64,000 nt of DNA from Candidatus Pelethomonas sp. (GCA_048404665.1 DBFJQM010000002.1:18845-82844); one strand, 5' to 3'; numbered from the stretch's first letter, positions 17,473-26,465 are shown. Notes: a model not told the origin generated them from the letters alone. A program made the numbers and translations.

Positions 17473-19246
17473 TTTGCCGCACCTACCTTCCAGTTCACAG
17501 AGGTCTGATAGTCCTGCCACATCTGGGCGTAGAGTCCGCCCTGCGCCACGAGGGAATCGTGGGCGCCGCTCTCCTCCACACGGCCCTCCCGCAGCACGAA
17601 GATTCGGTCGGCGTTCCTGACTGTGGTGAGCCTGTGGGCGATCATAATAACGGTTTTCCCCTTGGAGAGCCGTTCAAAGGCCTGCTGCACCAGCGCCTCG
17701 TTTTCCGGGTCGGCAAAGGCGGTGGCCTCGTCCAGGATCAGGATAGGGGCGTTTTTCAGCATGACGCGGGCGATGGCGATGCGCTGCTGTTCCCCGCCGG
17801 AGAGATACACGCCCTTGGTGCCGATCACCGTGTCGATCCCCTGGGGCAGCTTGGCGATGATGTCGTCGCATTGGGCCTCATGCAGCGCCTGCTCCACCTC
17901 CTGCCGGGAGGCGTTGGGCCGGGACAGCCGCACATTTTCGAGAATAGAAGCCTTTAACAGCCGGCTGTCCTGAAAGACATAGGCCACGGTGTCCGCCAAT
18001 GTTTCCTTGGAGATGTCCTTCACATTGACGCCGCCGATGGTGATGGCCCCGCCGCTCACATCCCAGAACCGGGAGATCAGCCCGGCTGCGGTCGTTTTGC
18101 CGCCGCCGGAGGGGCCCACCAGGGCAACCGTCTCCCCTGCGCCTATCCGGATGCTTACGTCCCGGAGCGCGTCCCCCGCGGCGTTCTGATAGCGGAAGGT
18201 CACGTTTTCAAGCGTGACCGAATTGTCTGCCGGGACCTTGCCGCTGCGGGGTTCGGGCAGCGGCTCCACATCCAGAACGGAGTGGATGCGGGTTAGGGCG
18301 TCCGTCACGATCATGCCGTTTTCGCTCATATACATGACCTTGGTCATGGCGGTGGCGATAACGGGCGTAAAGATCACATAGAAAATGAAGTTCAGCAGCA
18401 CCGACTGCGGGATGGCCTCGCCTCCTGCCAGTATCAACGCCAGTACAATGAGGAACGCGAAGGCGCTGTTGAAAATACGGTGTAGGCCAGCATAGGCGGG
18501 CGGCACTTCTTGCAGTAGCTGATGCAGTATTTGTAGTAGTTGTCAATGGTGTCCTTGAACCGCTTGAAGGAGTGGACGGTCTGCCCAAAGGTCTTGACCA
18601 CCGGGACGCCCCGCACATACTCCACCGCCTCGTTGTTCATGTCCGCCAGGGCGTCCATGTAGTCCTTCATATCCTTCGCCATGCCGGGACCGGCCATTTG
18701 GAACATGGACGCAAAGCCCAGAGCGAAGGGCACAAGGCTCACCAGCCCGAACCGCCAGTCAAAGAGGAACAGCATGACCACCATGCAGACCGGCGTAGTG
18801 ATCGCTGCCGCCATGTCCGGGAGCTGGTGGGCCAGATAGGTCTCGGTGGCAGCGCTTGCGTCATTGACGATACGGCGGATCTTGCCGCTGCCCATCTCCC
18901 CGATGAAGCCCAGGGGAAGCTGGGCGATGTGGGCCATCAGTGCCTTGCGGATGTTCGCCGCAATGCGGAAGGCCGACAGGTGGGAACACATCAGGCCGCA
19001 GATGTAGACCAGGATGGACAGCACGGCAAATCCCACCGCCAGAGCGCCATTTTGAACCACATGGGTGGCCTGGGCATAGTTGGGAGCAGCTTCGAGGACT
19101 TCCCGGATGATGAAGAATAGGAACACAAAGGGGAACAGGGTCAGGACCGCGCTGACGGCGGACAGCAGCAGCGATAAATAGGTCAGATACCTGCGTCCCC
19201 CGGCGTAGCTTAAAAGCTGGGACAAATTCGACTGTTTTTGATCCAT
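17469..19246 (-). pseudogene. ABC transporter fused permease/ATP-binding subunit, interrupted by a frameshift (first gene of the pair)
   Basis: N-terminal TMD ORF 18434..19333 (real start MDQKQSNLSQLL, ATG 19246 behind GGAGGG). A second ORF 17469..18506 in another frame carries Walker A GPSGGGKTT, LSGGEQQR and ILILDEA. The 1778-nt span is not a multiple of 3. Confidence 0.7.
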
Positions 19247-19434
19247 TTGCAATACCCTCCTTGTAAAGCAGTAGGCGAATACAGAGGCCGGCGGGCTGGT
19301 GAGTGGATGTTCCAAGCCCGCCAGGCCCCTCATTCAAACAGATTTTCTGTGGAGAAAAGTCCAATGACGCTCTCCATGCTCACTTGGCCCCCTTGGCAAT
19401 GGCCTGGGCCATAGGCACCGCTTCCCTTAAAATT

Positions 19435-19452
19435 AGTTAGTTATAACTAACT
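19435..19452. promoter_or_regulatory. Palindromic operator AGTTAG-TTATAA-CTAACT (site 1)
   Basis: Perfect 18-bp palindrome about 190 nt upstream of the ABC exporter start. Confidence 0.5.
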
Positions 19453-19458
19453 CTCTTT

Positions 19459-19500
19459 GAGAAGATCGGCGCTCCCCCAGATGATGGGAGCGCCTTCTTC
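19459..19500 (-). terminator. Hairpin GGCGCTCCC-N9-GGGAGCGCC (possible terminator of the upstream 10-gene operon)
   Basis: 9-bp GC stem between operator sites 1 and 2, with weak T-rich flanks on both strands. Confidence 0.35.
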
Positions 19501-19528
19501 TGCATATGGGTGGTACAAGGCTCACAGT

Positions 19529-19548
19529 TAGTTAGTTTAAGCTAACTA
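19529..19548. promoter_or_regulatory. Palindromic operator tAGTTAG-TTTAAG-CTAACTa (site 2)
   Basis: Same half-sites as site 1, with an extra overlapping AGTTAG at 19526-19531. Confidence 0.5.
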
Positions 19549-19581
19549 CAATAGAGATCATAGCAGACCCGTGTCCACTTG

Positions 19582-20229
19582 TCAAGCAGATTTCCCACTA
19601 GCAGTCTCTTTTTTTGCCGCCGCGCAGCACAGCGGGGCCAGGGAGCCGCCCAGCACCGCCTGGTCAAAAACGGCAAAGCCATGGGCCGAGAGATACTCCG
19701 CAAACCCCGCGGCGCTCCACTCGTGGTATGTACGGAACCCCGCCAACTTCATGATACGCACCCGTACCCGGAAGCCCTTCCCCTCCCCGTGGACAAAGGT
19801 GGGTGCAAACAAAAATCCACCCGGTTTCAACACCCGGCGGATCTCCCCCAAAGCCTTGTCCGGGTCGGGTATGATGTGCAGGGCGTTGGCGATCACCACC
19901 GCGTCAAAGCTCTCTGGGGCATAGGGCAGGGCCGTAGCGTCCTGGACGGAAAAGTGGAGGCGGGCCGAGCAGTTCTTCTTTTTCGCCTGGGCAATCATGT
20001 TTGGGGAGAAGTCGGTGGCCTCCCACAGCCGAACTCGGCTGAAGAGTGGATAGGAGAGCTGCCCTGTGCCGCAGGCCAACTCCAGCACATCCATGTCCCG
20101 ACTCAGATGGGGGCGGATCCGGTCACAGATGTCCCGGTAGAACTTTGCCCCGCTTTTCTCCATCACCGGCCCGTAAAGTCTGGCGAACCGCTGCCAGAAT
20201 GCTTTATTGTCAGATTTTAATTCAGGCAT
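19582..20229 (-). CDS. Class I SAM-dependent methyltransferase
   Basis: 215-aa ORF with motif I VLELACGTG and post-I/II motifs. Confidence 0.85.
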   Translation of the reverse strand: MPELKSDNKAFWQRFARLYGPVMEKSGAKFYRDICDRIRPHLSRDMDVLELACGTGQLSYPLFSRVRLWEATDFSPNMIAQAKKKNCSARLHFSVQDATALPYAPESFDAVVIANALHIIPDPDKALGEIRRVLKPGGFLFAPTFVHGEGKGFRVRVRIMKLAGFRTYHEWSAAGFAEYLSAHGFAVFDQAVLGGSLAPLCCAAAKKETASGKSA

Positions 20230-20242
20230 ACAATACCTCCCC

Positions 20243-21127
20243 CTACCACAGCTTCACAAATTCCAGCGTTTTCTCCAGCGAATCCATGCGGGCTCTCCGC
20301 CCCGGCTCCTTGTTCCTGCCCCGGTCGCCCCGGAAAAACTTTGCCATGGGCAGCTCCATGGGAACGAACAGGTGACTGCCGCAGCCGTAGCTCAAGTGCC
20401 GGCAGGGATAGGGGAAATTCTTCTCCTTCAGCCGCTTCATGATCTCCTCCGCCGCAGGCTCCGAGGGCCACATGGTATCCAGCTTGGAGGAGATCAGCAG
20501 GATGGGGCCGGTGGTGTTCTCCACCTGGATGACCGCCTCCGGAACAGGGCGGCGCACCATGGGCAGATACAGGTCAAACATGGTGACCTCTCTGGCCTTC
20601 AGGCTCTTCCAGAGGATGGGGCCGTAGGGGGTCTTCTCGTACCCAAAGGGGGTGTAGGGCAGCTCCTTGCCGTGGAAGCTCCAGGAGCTGCCCGGCATCA
20701 GCTCAATGCCCTTCCCCTTGGCAAAGCCCTGGCATACGGTGCTCATGGGGGCCACCGCCACCACGGCGTTTATAAGCCCCGGCAGCAGACTCCCGGCGGT
20801 AAGGGCCAGCTCCGCCCCCTTGGAGATGCCCCACAGGCCCACCTTCTCATAGCCCATCTCATGGAGCCGCTTGGCCGCCGCCTCCAGGGTGTCGATAGGC
20901 ACACGGAAGAACTTGTCGGGCAAGCCCTCCTCCATCACATAGGCCAACGCCAGGGCGGTCAGTCCCCTCCCCTGAAAAATCGCCGCCAGCTTCCGGGCCA
21001 GCTCAAAGTTCCCGTCGCTGCCGCCGAAGCAAATGAGCGCCTTGCCGGGATAGTTGTCCTGTGCAGGGCGGAACAGCTCCCCGTGGAAGCCGTCGGTCTT
21101 TACGCGGAAGATTTCATTTTGCTTCAT
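20243..21127 (-). CDS. Alpha/beta hydrolase, BAAT/acyl-CoA thioester hydrolase C-terminal-domain-like
   Basis: 294-aa ORF with nucleophile elbow GISKGAE and a length and pattern like BAAT_C-type hydrolases. Confidence 0.7.
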   Translation of the reverse strand: MKQNEIFRVKTDGFHGELFRPAQDNYPGKALICFGGSDGNFELARKLAAIFQGRGLTALALAYVMEEGLPDKFFRVPIDTLEAAAKRLHEMGYEKVGLWGISKGAELALTAGSLLPGLINAVVAVAPMSTVCQGFAKGKGIELMPGSSWSFHGKELPYTPFGYEKTPYGPILWKSLKAREVTMFDLYLPMVRRPVPEAVIQVENTTGPILLISSKLDTMWPSEPAAEEIMKRLKEKNFPYPCRHLSYGCGSHLFVPMELPMAKFFRGDRGRNKEPGRRARMDSLEKTLEFVKLW

Positions 21128-21145
21128 AGCCCCACTCCTTTTCTC

Positions 21146-21628
21146 TCAGAAAATCCATACCACCAGCGCCGCCGCCACGGCCGCGCCCACGAGCCAAATC
21201 AGTGTCAGCGTCCCCCGCTTTTTCAGCACCTGGGGCCAAGTCTGCACGAAGGGAAGGTCCTCTGTGCCGGGGAGCACCCAAAACCTGCTGTGCCCCACCC
21301 AGAGCCGGTCGATGACGACGCCGTCATACCAGTTCATCACCTCCAGGAACAGGAGAGACTGGAGGTATGCGGTCCTGAAGTCCCGCACACCGTTCCAGGC
21401 CCCGACGATCAACAGCAGGGCGGCAAGCATCATAAGAGAGAAGAAAATCAGGAACAATTTGTGTTTCCGTGCCACGTCCGCCCGGTCCGCCAAACCGATT
21501 GCAAAGGCCCGCTCCTGCACAGGCTTGGGATAGAAGTACAGGGCATTGACCGCCTTGCCCCCGGTGAAAAGGTACACCAGTGCGGTGAACAGGGCACAGA
21601 AAAGGCAAAGTTGAATGAACAGCATCAC
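21146..21628 (-). CDS. Small integral membrane protein (paralog of 21641..22141)
   Basis: 160 aa with four hydrophobic segments. Shares ALFTALV...YP..Q...D..V.D...LPGTE with its neighbour. Confidence 0.6.
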   Translation of the reverse strand: MMLFIQLCLFCALFTALVYLFTGGKAVNALYFYPKPVQERAFAIGLADRADVARKHKLFLIFFSLMMLAALLLIVGAWNGVRDFRTAYLQSLLFLEVMNWYDGVVIDRLWVGHSRFWVLPGTEDLPFVQTWPQVLKKRGTLTLIWLVGAAVAAALVVWIF

Positions 21629-21640
21629 GGTTTTCCCCCT

Positions 21641-22141
21641 CTACGGTCGGATCAGCGCCACAGCACCGCCCACAAGCAGCCCGAGGATCAGCGCGAACAG
21701 GCTGCCTGGAAACAGCATCCCTTTCACATGGAACCACTTCTGGGCATATTCCCTGTCCATATGCTCCGTGCCGGGCAAACGGAATAGTTTCAGCCTGGGA
21801 AATAAGACCCAATCCAGAAAAAAGGTGTCGTAAGCGCCGACCACCGCAAACAGCAGCAGGGCAAACCAAAAGCCGTCCCCAAAGCTGTCCGCCCCGGCCA
21901 GCAGCGCCCCGCCCGTCAGCACGATGGCAAAGAGCACGATCCCCGCGGATTTGATCAGGACCGTGCGCTTGCTCAGCGGAGCGGTCTCAATGCGGGGATG
22001 GGTCTTGAAGTATTCCTCCTGGATCTCCGGGGGATAGTTGTGGATTCCCGCTGCGGGGTTTTTGATGGCGGGGATCGTCACCAGAGCGGTAAACAGCGCG
22101 AGAAAAACCGCCATCTCGATCAGAATGGTCAGCCAGTTCAT
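21641..22141 (-). CDS. Small integral membrane protein (paralog of 21146..21628)
   Basis: ORF 21641..22174, trimmed to MNWLTILIE (ATG 22141) behind AGGAGG. Confidence 0.6.
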   Translation of the reverse strand: MNWLTILIEMAVFLALFTALVTIPAIKNPAAGIHNYPPEIQEEYFKTHPRIETAPLSKRTVLIKSAGIVLFAIVLTGGALLAGADSFGDGFWFALLLFAVVGAYDTFFLDWVLFPRLKLFRLPGTEHMDREYAQKWFHVKGMLFPGSLFALILGLLVGGAVALIRP

Positions 22142-22184
22142 ACAGGGCCTCCTTCTTTTTTCAGCGGCTCTCAAAGCCGTTCAT

Positions 22185-22895
22185 TCACGTCAGATCCTCC
22201 TGCCTGACATATTTCCCGTAGCCCACGAACAGGGCCAGGAACATGATGATCACGGCCAGACTTTTGTTGGAGGTGCCAATGCCGTTTATGATGGCGTAGT
22301 TGCCGATACCCCGGAAAACATTGAAGCATACCGCCAGGATCAGGAGATTGAACAGCGCATACCACTTGGGAAGCGGCGTATATCCCTTGATGATCCCGAC
22401 AAACTGCACAATACTGCTGCCCGCAAAGAAAACATAGAACACAGCAGCGACTGGGAGAATGAAATACAAAATGTAGTGCAGCGCAATATGGTATCCGACC
22501 TCCGGCCCGGCGGCGTCCGTGACCGAGTGATAGAGCCACATGAACACACCGCAGGGCAGATGGACTGTCCCGCCTGCAACAGCCAGATAGACATACATGG
22601 ACAGTTTGTAGAACGCAGCGCCCCGGGGCATATTCTGCTTCAGCAGGGGGTAAAGGGTCATGAGCCCGAGAAATTCCAAAGAGATGCCCAGAAAGCCAAT
22701 CATACCGCCCAGAATGGGACGCCATATGGGCAGCGCCAGCGCTGCGGCGAAATAGCCCTCCAGCATTCCTGCTCCCTCCGGAAATGTGACATATCCGATC
22801 AGCAGGTCCCCGACCAGCGTCAGACATGCGCCGGCCAGGCCGATCAAAAGAAAGGCCCTCGCCTTTTGTACTGTTTTGATCTCCATTCTTATCAT
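22185..22895 (-). CDS. Multi-pass membrane protein, unknown function
   Basis: ORF 22185..22973, trimmed to MIRMEIKT (ATG 22895) behind GGAGAAAGG. About 7 hydrophobic segments. Confidence 0.6.
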   Translation of the reverse strand: MIRMEIKTVQKARAFLLIGLAGACLTLVGDLLIGYVTFPEGAGMLEGYFAAALALPIWRPILGGMIGFLGISLEFLGLMTLYPLLKQNMPRGAAFYKLSMYVYLAVAGGTVHLPCGVFMWLYHSVTDAAGPEVGYHIALHYILYFILPVAAVFYVFFAGSSIVQFVGIIKGYTPLPKWYALFNLLILAVCFNVFRGIGNYAIINGIGTSNKSLAVIIMFLALFVGYGKYVRQEDLT

Positions 22896-22938
22896 CTGCC
22901 TTTCTCCAGAAGCGCCAACATTCGTGGAACGCCGCCCT

Positions 22939-23640
22939 CTAAATGAGTGTGCCGGTAAAGTCCAACGCCGCATGGATCAGCACAGGCAGCCACAATGTTC
23001 CTGACCAGCAGCGCAGCCAATAAAAGGCACAGGCAGCCCCAACATATCCCAGGGAGGACATCAGCAGTTCCGGCGAGAAGCCATCCCGCATGACCGGAAG
23101 TACAGAGTGCATCAGGCCCCACAGCAGGCCAGGCAATACCCAGACACACCACGCCGGCAGCTTGCTTTCTTCAAACAGCAGAGGCAGCACGGCGCGGAAG
23201 ATGAGTTCCTCAAAGAGTGCAATAAATACCCCATAATAAATCCATTGATATGCCACTGCCAGCAACGATATCCGTCCAAGCAAAAGGGCCGCAGCCAAAA
23301 GCATCAGGTAAACGCCCGCCGCAGCACCGGCGGCAACGCGGCCGCGCTTTTTACCGACGGTGAAACCCATCACGCGTCCAAAGTCCCGCCGCAGTATAAG
23401 CACAGCAATGGCTGCTGTCAGGAGAGCGGGCAAGTTGACCACAATGTGTTGAACCAGCATCGTTCCGAGGTTTTCTATCGTTATCTGAGCCGCGGAGAGA
23501 ATTGTTCCGGCCCGGTACAATCCGCCATAATACCACAGGGTCCAAATATAGTCTGCCGCGCAAATCAAGACGGCCAAAAGCGGCAGCAGCATTCTTTTTT
23601 CTGCTTCCCTCCGGCGCTTCATAATTCTATCCCGCGGCAT
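22939..23640 (-). CDS. CPBP-family intramembrane glutamic endopeptidase (CAAX protease/Abi-like)
   Basis: Motifs FEELIFRAVL and WGLMH...; start taken as ATG 23640 behind GAGGG, directly after the upstream stop. Confidence 0.8.
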   Translation of the reverse strand: MPRDRIMKRRREAEKRMLLPLLAVLICAADYIWTLWYYGGLYRAGTILSAAQITIENLGTMLVQHIVVNLPALLTAAIAVLILRRDFGRVMGFTVGKKRGRVAAGAAAGVYLMLLAAALLLGRISLLAVAYQWIYYGVFIALFEELIFRAVLPLLFEESKLPAWCVWVLPGLLWGLMHSVLPVMRDGFSPELLMSSLGYVGAACAFYWLRCWSGTLWLPVLIHAALDFTGTLI

Positions 23641-23641
23641 A

Positions 23642-24616
23642 TCATCCCTCACTCTTCTCATACAGCCGGTGCAGCGTCTCCCAGTCCGGCATGGCTGTGT
23701 GCAGGGCGTCCCAGTTGGGCATGGGGAAGTCCGGTGCCTTTGCCCGCAGCTCCTCCCAGACCCGGTCCAGCCCCTCCATTTCCGTCACCGCATGGCGGCA
23801 GTGATCAGACGCCGCCAGACGGCCAAGGGCCGTCTTTGCCATGACCCACATCATGGCGTAGGACAGCGCTCCCCTGACGCCCGTCAGCTCCTCCATGGTT
23901 CCTTCCGGCAGGATCGGATAGTGCAGAGTGGAAAGCAGGCCATAGCCCTCCCGGACGGCGTCCATACCCTGGCTGAGCTGCCGCCGTGTGCAGCGGGTCA
24001 GATCGCAGCCCAGGAGATAAGAGAGATAGCAGATGGGCAAAATAAAGGCCAAATGGCATTTACACCAGGCGTCCATGTCCGACACCCAGGTCAGCCGATA
24101 CTTCGTTCCCTCAAACAACCCCGTAATCGCTGCTTTGACCTCCCCGGGCACTTCCCTCCGCAGGCCGCCGATGCTCATGGACCCGCCGCCGAACCGCACG
24201 CAGAGGACCTTGCCGCCCTCCCGCCGCCCGGCCGTGCCCTGGAAGCCAAACAGCACCGTCTTTGGCGTCTGCGTGTGGGCCTGGATGTACGCCTCCATCT
24301 CCGGGGCCGACATGTTGTTGCCCACCAGCACCACCAGCGGGGCGTCCGCCCCGGCCAAATCGTCCAGGATGCCCCACATCTGCTGATGCTGCATGACGGC
24401 GAACACCGCATCATAAGGGCCCATGATCCCGCTGACGATCCTGGGTCGGTCGGTGGTGATCTTTCTTTGCAGGACGTGGCGGATCACCAGCCCGTCCCGC
24501 TCCAGAGTTTCTTTCCACGCGCCCCGGGCCAGCAGATCCACATCGTTCCCCGCCCGGCACAAAGCATGGGTCAGATAGCACCCGATGACCCCGGCGCCAT
24601 AGGCCAAAACCTTCAT
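23642..24616 (-). CDS. Ketopantoate-reductase-family (ApbA/PanE-like) NAD(P)-dependent oxidoreductase
   Basis: MKVLAYGAGVIGCYLTHAL is an N-terminal Rossmann GxGxxG; 324 aa. Confidence 0.8.
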   Translation of the reverse strand: MKVLAYGAGVIGCYLTHALCRAGNDVDLLARGAWKETLERDGLVIRHVLQRKITTDRPRIVSGIMGPYDAVFAVMQHQQMWGILDDLAGADAPLVVLVGNNMSAPEMEAYIQAHTQTPKTVLFGFQGTAGRREGGKVLCVRFGGGSMSIGGLRREVPGEVKAAITGLFEGTKYRLTWVSDMDAWCKCHLAFILPICYLSYLLGCDLTRCTRRQLSQGMDAVREGYGLLSTLHYPILPEGTMEELTGVRGALSYAMMWVMAKTALGRLAASDHCRHAVTEMEGLDRVWEELRAKAPDFPMPNWDALHTAMPDWETLHRLYEKSEG

Positions 24617-24713
24617 TCCTCATTCCTCCATTCCACGGCAGCGCCGTTTCCGTGAGCATGTCCGGGAGGCAGCAGGGTCGCCGGGGCATCTTCTTTTCCA
24701 ACGGTGCAAAATT

Positions 24714-25388
24714 TCATATGCGCTCGTCTCCCTTTTGCCGCTCCTGGTCCCACTTGGACCCCTTGCGGCAAACATAGAAATCGCATTGGTCCCCGCCGGA
24801 GGCCAGGGTCTGGGTCCGGTAGAGCCGGCCCCCTGTCCAGTCTGTAGACATGGTATCCACGGCGCACATATAGGGCACCAGATGGGGCCGCCCCTCCTGC
24901 TTCCCCAACGCGCACAGGCCGCACTGACGGTAGAGGATGGTGTACTCGTCCGCGTCCCGGCCCAGGATCACTTCAGTCTTCCAGTTGAAGGCCCCGCCTG
25001 GGGCGGCGTTGCCCCGGAGGGAGTTTTCCTGCCGCTTTTTCTGTCCTGCAAGGGTAAAAGCGCTCTTCCCCTTGGCCTGGAACGTTTTCTTCACCAGGGG
25101 AGCGTTCATGCTGGCGTCCATCATCCCGGCGAAGCGCGTCTCGCTCATGCGCCCCTCAGCCGCCTCGTAAACCGACAGCCACAGCATCCCGGCGGCCTGG
25201 CAGATTCGCAGGGAGTTTTCCCTCAGGGAGCCGATGTCCGGCGTCCGGCCGATCATCTGCCGGTAGGTTTCTTTCGTTTTCCGCTTCAAATCGGGAATGT
25301 CCCAGTCCGGTTCCGTCTCCCTCAGATACCCCAGCGCCGCCGGCGCCATAGCAAGCCATATCATCGTCTCGCAAACAGAACGTCTCAT
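24714..25388 (-). CDS. L-2-amino-thiazoline-4-carboxylic acid hydrolase-family protein
   Basis: 224 aa with the Cys-rich C-terminal pattern CGLCALG...PYMCAVD...TLASGGDQCDFYV, remembered as typical of that Pfam family. Confidence 0.65.
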   Translation of the reverse strand: MRRSVCETMIWLAMAPAALGYLRETEPDWDIPDLKRKTKETYRQMIGRTPDIGSLRENSLRICQAAGMLWLSVYEAAEGRMSETRFAGMMDASMNAPLVKKTFQAKGKSAFTLAGQKKRQENSLRGNAAPGGAFNWKTEVILGRDADEYTILYRQCGLCALGKQEGRPHLVPYMCAVDTMSTDWTGGRLYRTQTLASGGDQCDFYVCRKGSKWDQERQKGDERI

Positions 25389-26065
25389 GCTCCCTCTCCC
25401 TTCACACAGGTAAAGCAGGCCATGGCCTCCACGGTCTCCAAGGCTACCTGGGCGTACATGCGCCCCAGCCGCTGTTTCAAGCTTTTTGCCGTCTCGTAGG
25501 GCGGGGTGAAAAAACCCTTCGGCGTGTAGAGCTTATCCACGAACCAGTCCGTGCGGCGGTTTTCCCCCTTGATGTAGAAGCACCCGCAGAAGGTCCCGCC
25601 GGGCTTCAGCACCCGGAAGGTCTCGGCGTAGGCGGCCTCCTTGTCCGGAAAGGCGTGAAAGCCGTTGAGGGACAGGACCACGTCGAAGCTCCCGTCGGCG
25701 AAGGGCAGAGCGCCCACGTCCCCCTGGACGAACCGCACGCTGCCGGGAGCGCGCTCTTTGGCCCGCTCCATCATGTCCGGGGAGTAGTCCAGGCAGGTGA
25801 TCTTCGCCTGGGGCAAGGTCCGGTAGACGGGCATGGTGAGCACGCCGGTGCCCACCGGCACCTCCAGGAGCGTCCCGGAAAAGTCCTCCGGGATGCCGGA
25901 CAGAGCCTTTTCCAGATACGCCCGGTTTTCCTGCTCGCCCATGCTCCACACCAGACGGCACACCGCTTTGCCCGGCAGGGTGGAGCAGGTGATCATGCCG
26001 TCGTAAAAGGTGGCCTCGCCGCCCAGGGACTTGTAGGCGTTTTTGATCTCATCGTGCCGGTTCAT
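25385..26065 (-). CDS. Class I SAM-dependent methyltransferase
   Basis: Motif I LLEVPVGTG. Start is ATG 26065 (MNRHDEIK) or ATG 26086. Overlaps the next gene by ATGA. Confidence 0.85.
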   Translation of the reverse strand: MNRHDEIKNAYKSLGGEATFYDGMITCSTLPGKAVCRLVWSMGEQENRAYLEKALSGIPEDFSGTLLEVPVGTGVLTMPVYRTLPQAKITCLDYSPDMMERAKERAPGSVRFVQGDVGALPFADGSFDVVLSLNGFHAFPDKEAAYAETFRVLKPGGTFCGCFYIKGENRRTDWFVDKLYTPKGFFTPPYETAKSLKQRLGRMYAQVALETVEAMACFTCVKGEGA

Positions 26066-26069
26066 CCCT

Positions 26070-26324
26070 CTACCTTCCAAAGCCAAACAAGCCCTTCTTC
26101 TCGTAGGGCCCGCGCTCCACGCCCAGCACCCGGTAGCCCGTGGGCTCGATGGCAGCGCGGAGCTGTTCCTCGCTGATGTCCGTCTCCGTCAGGATGACGG
26201 CCTCCCCCTTCTTGTGGGAGGAGGTGACCTTCTTCACCGGAAGGGCCCGCCGCACCGCGTCGTTGACGTGGCTTTCGCACATGCCGCAGGCCATGCCCTC
26301 GATTTTGACTGTGATCTGAATCAT
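26070..26324 (-). CDS. Heavy-metal-associated (HMA) domain protein, CopZ-like
   Basis: 84 aa, MIQITVKIEGMACGMCESHV..., with an MxCxxC metal-binding loop. First gene of the operon. Confidence 0.85.
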   Translation of the reverse strand: MIQITVKIEGMACGMCESHVNDAVRRALPVKKVTSSHKKGEAVILTETDISEEQLRAAIEPTGYRVLGVERGPYEKKGLFGFGR

Positions 26325-26349
26325 ATGTACCCTCTCCTTTTGGAGCTTA

Positions 26350-26367
26350 AGTTAGTTGTTGCTAACC
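26350..26367. promoter_or_regulatory. Palindromic operator AGTTAG-TTGTTG-CTAACc (site 3)
   Basis: Same half-sites as 19435 and 19529. Lies 8-25 nt downstream of the putative -10 of the HMA operon. Confidence 0.5.
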
Positions 26368-26374
26368 ATAGGAT

Positions 26375-26402
26375 AGTCTACCACATTCCCCGCATTTGTC
26401 AA
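26375..26402 (-). promoter_or_regulatory. Putative promoter of the HMA-led operon
   Basis: Minus strand TTGACA, 16 nt, TAGACT. Confidence 0.45.
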
Positions 26403-26465
26403 TGCCTTTTTGCATGGCGGGCGTCTCCGGCGGGGCAGATGCCTGACATGGTTCCCCCAGCCGGC

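Noticed and set aside
19247-19434. Tiny ORFs in the ABC-exporter leader (such as MAQAIAKGAK and MESVIGLFSTENLFE on the minus strand).
   Set aside because: No Shine-Dalgarno sequences are present and the ORFs are 10-15 codons long. I cannot distinguish them from chance, so they are noted only as part of the leader.
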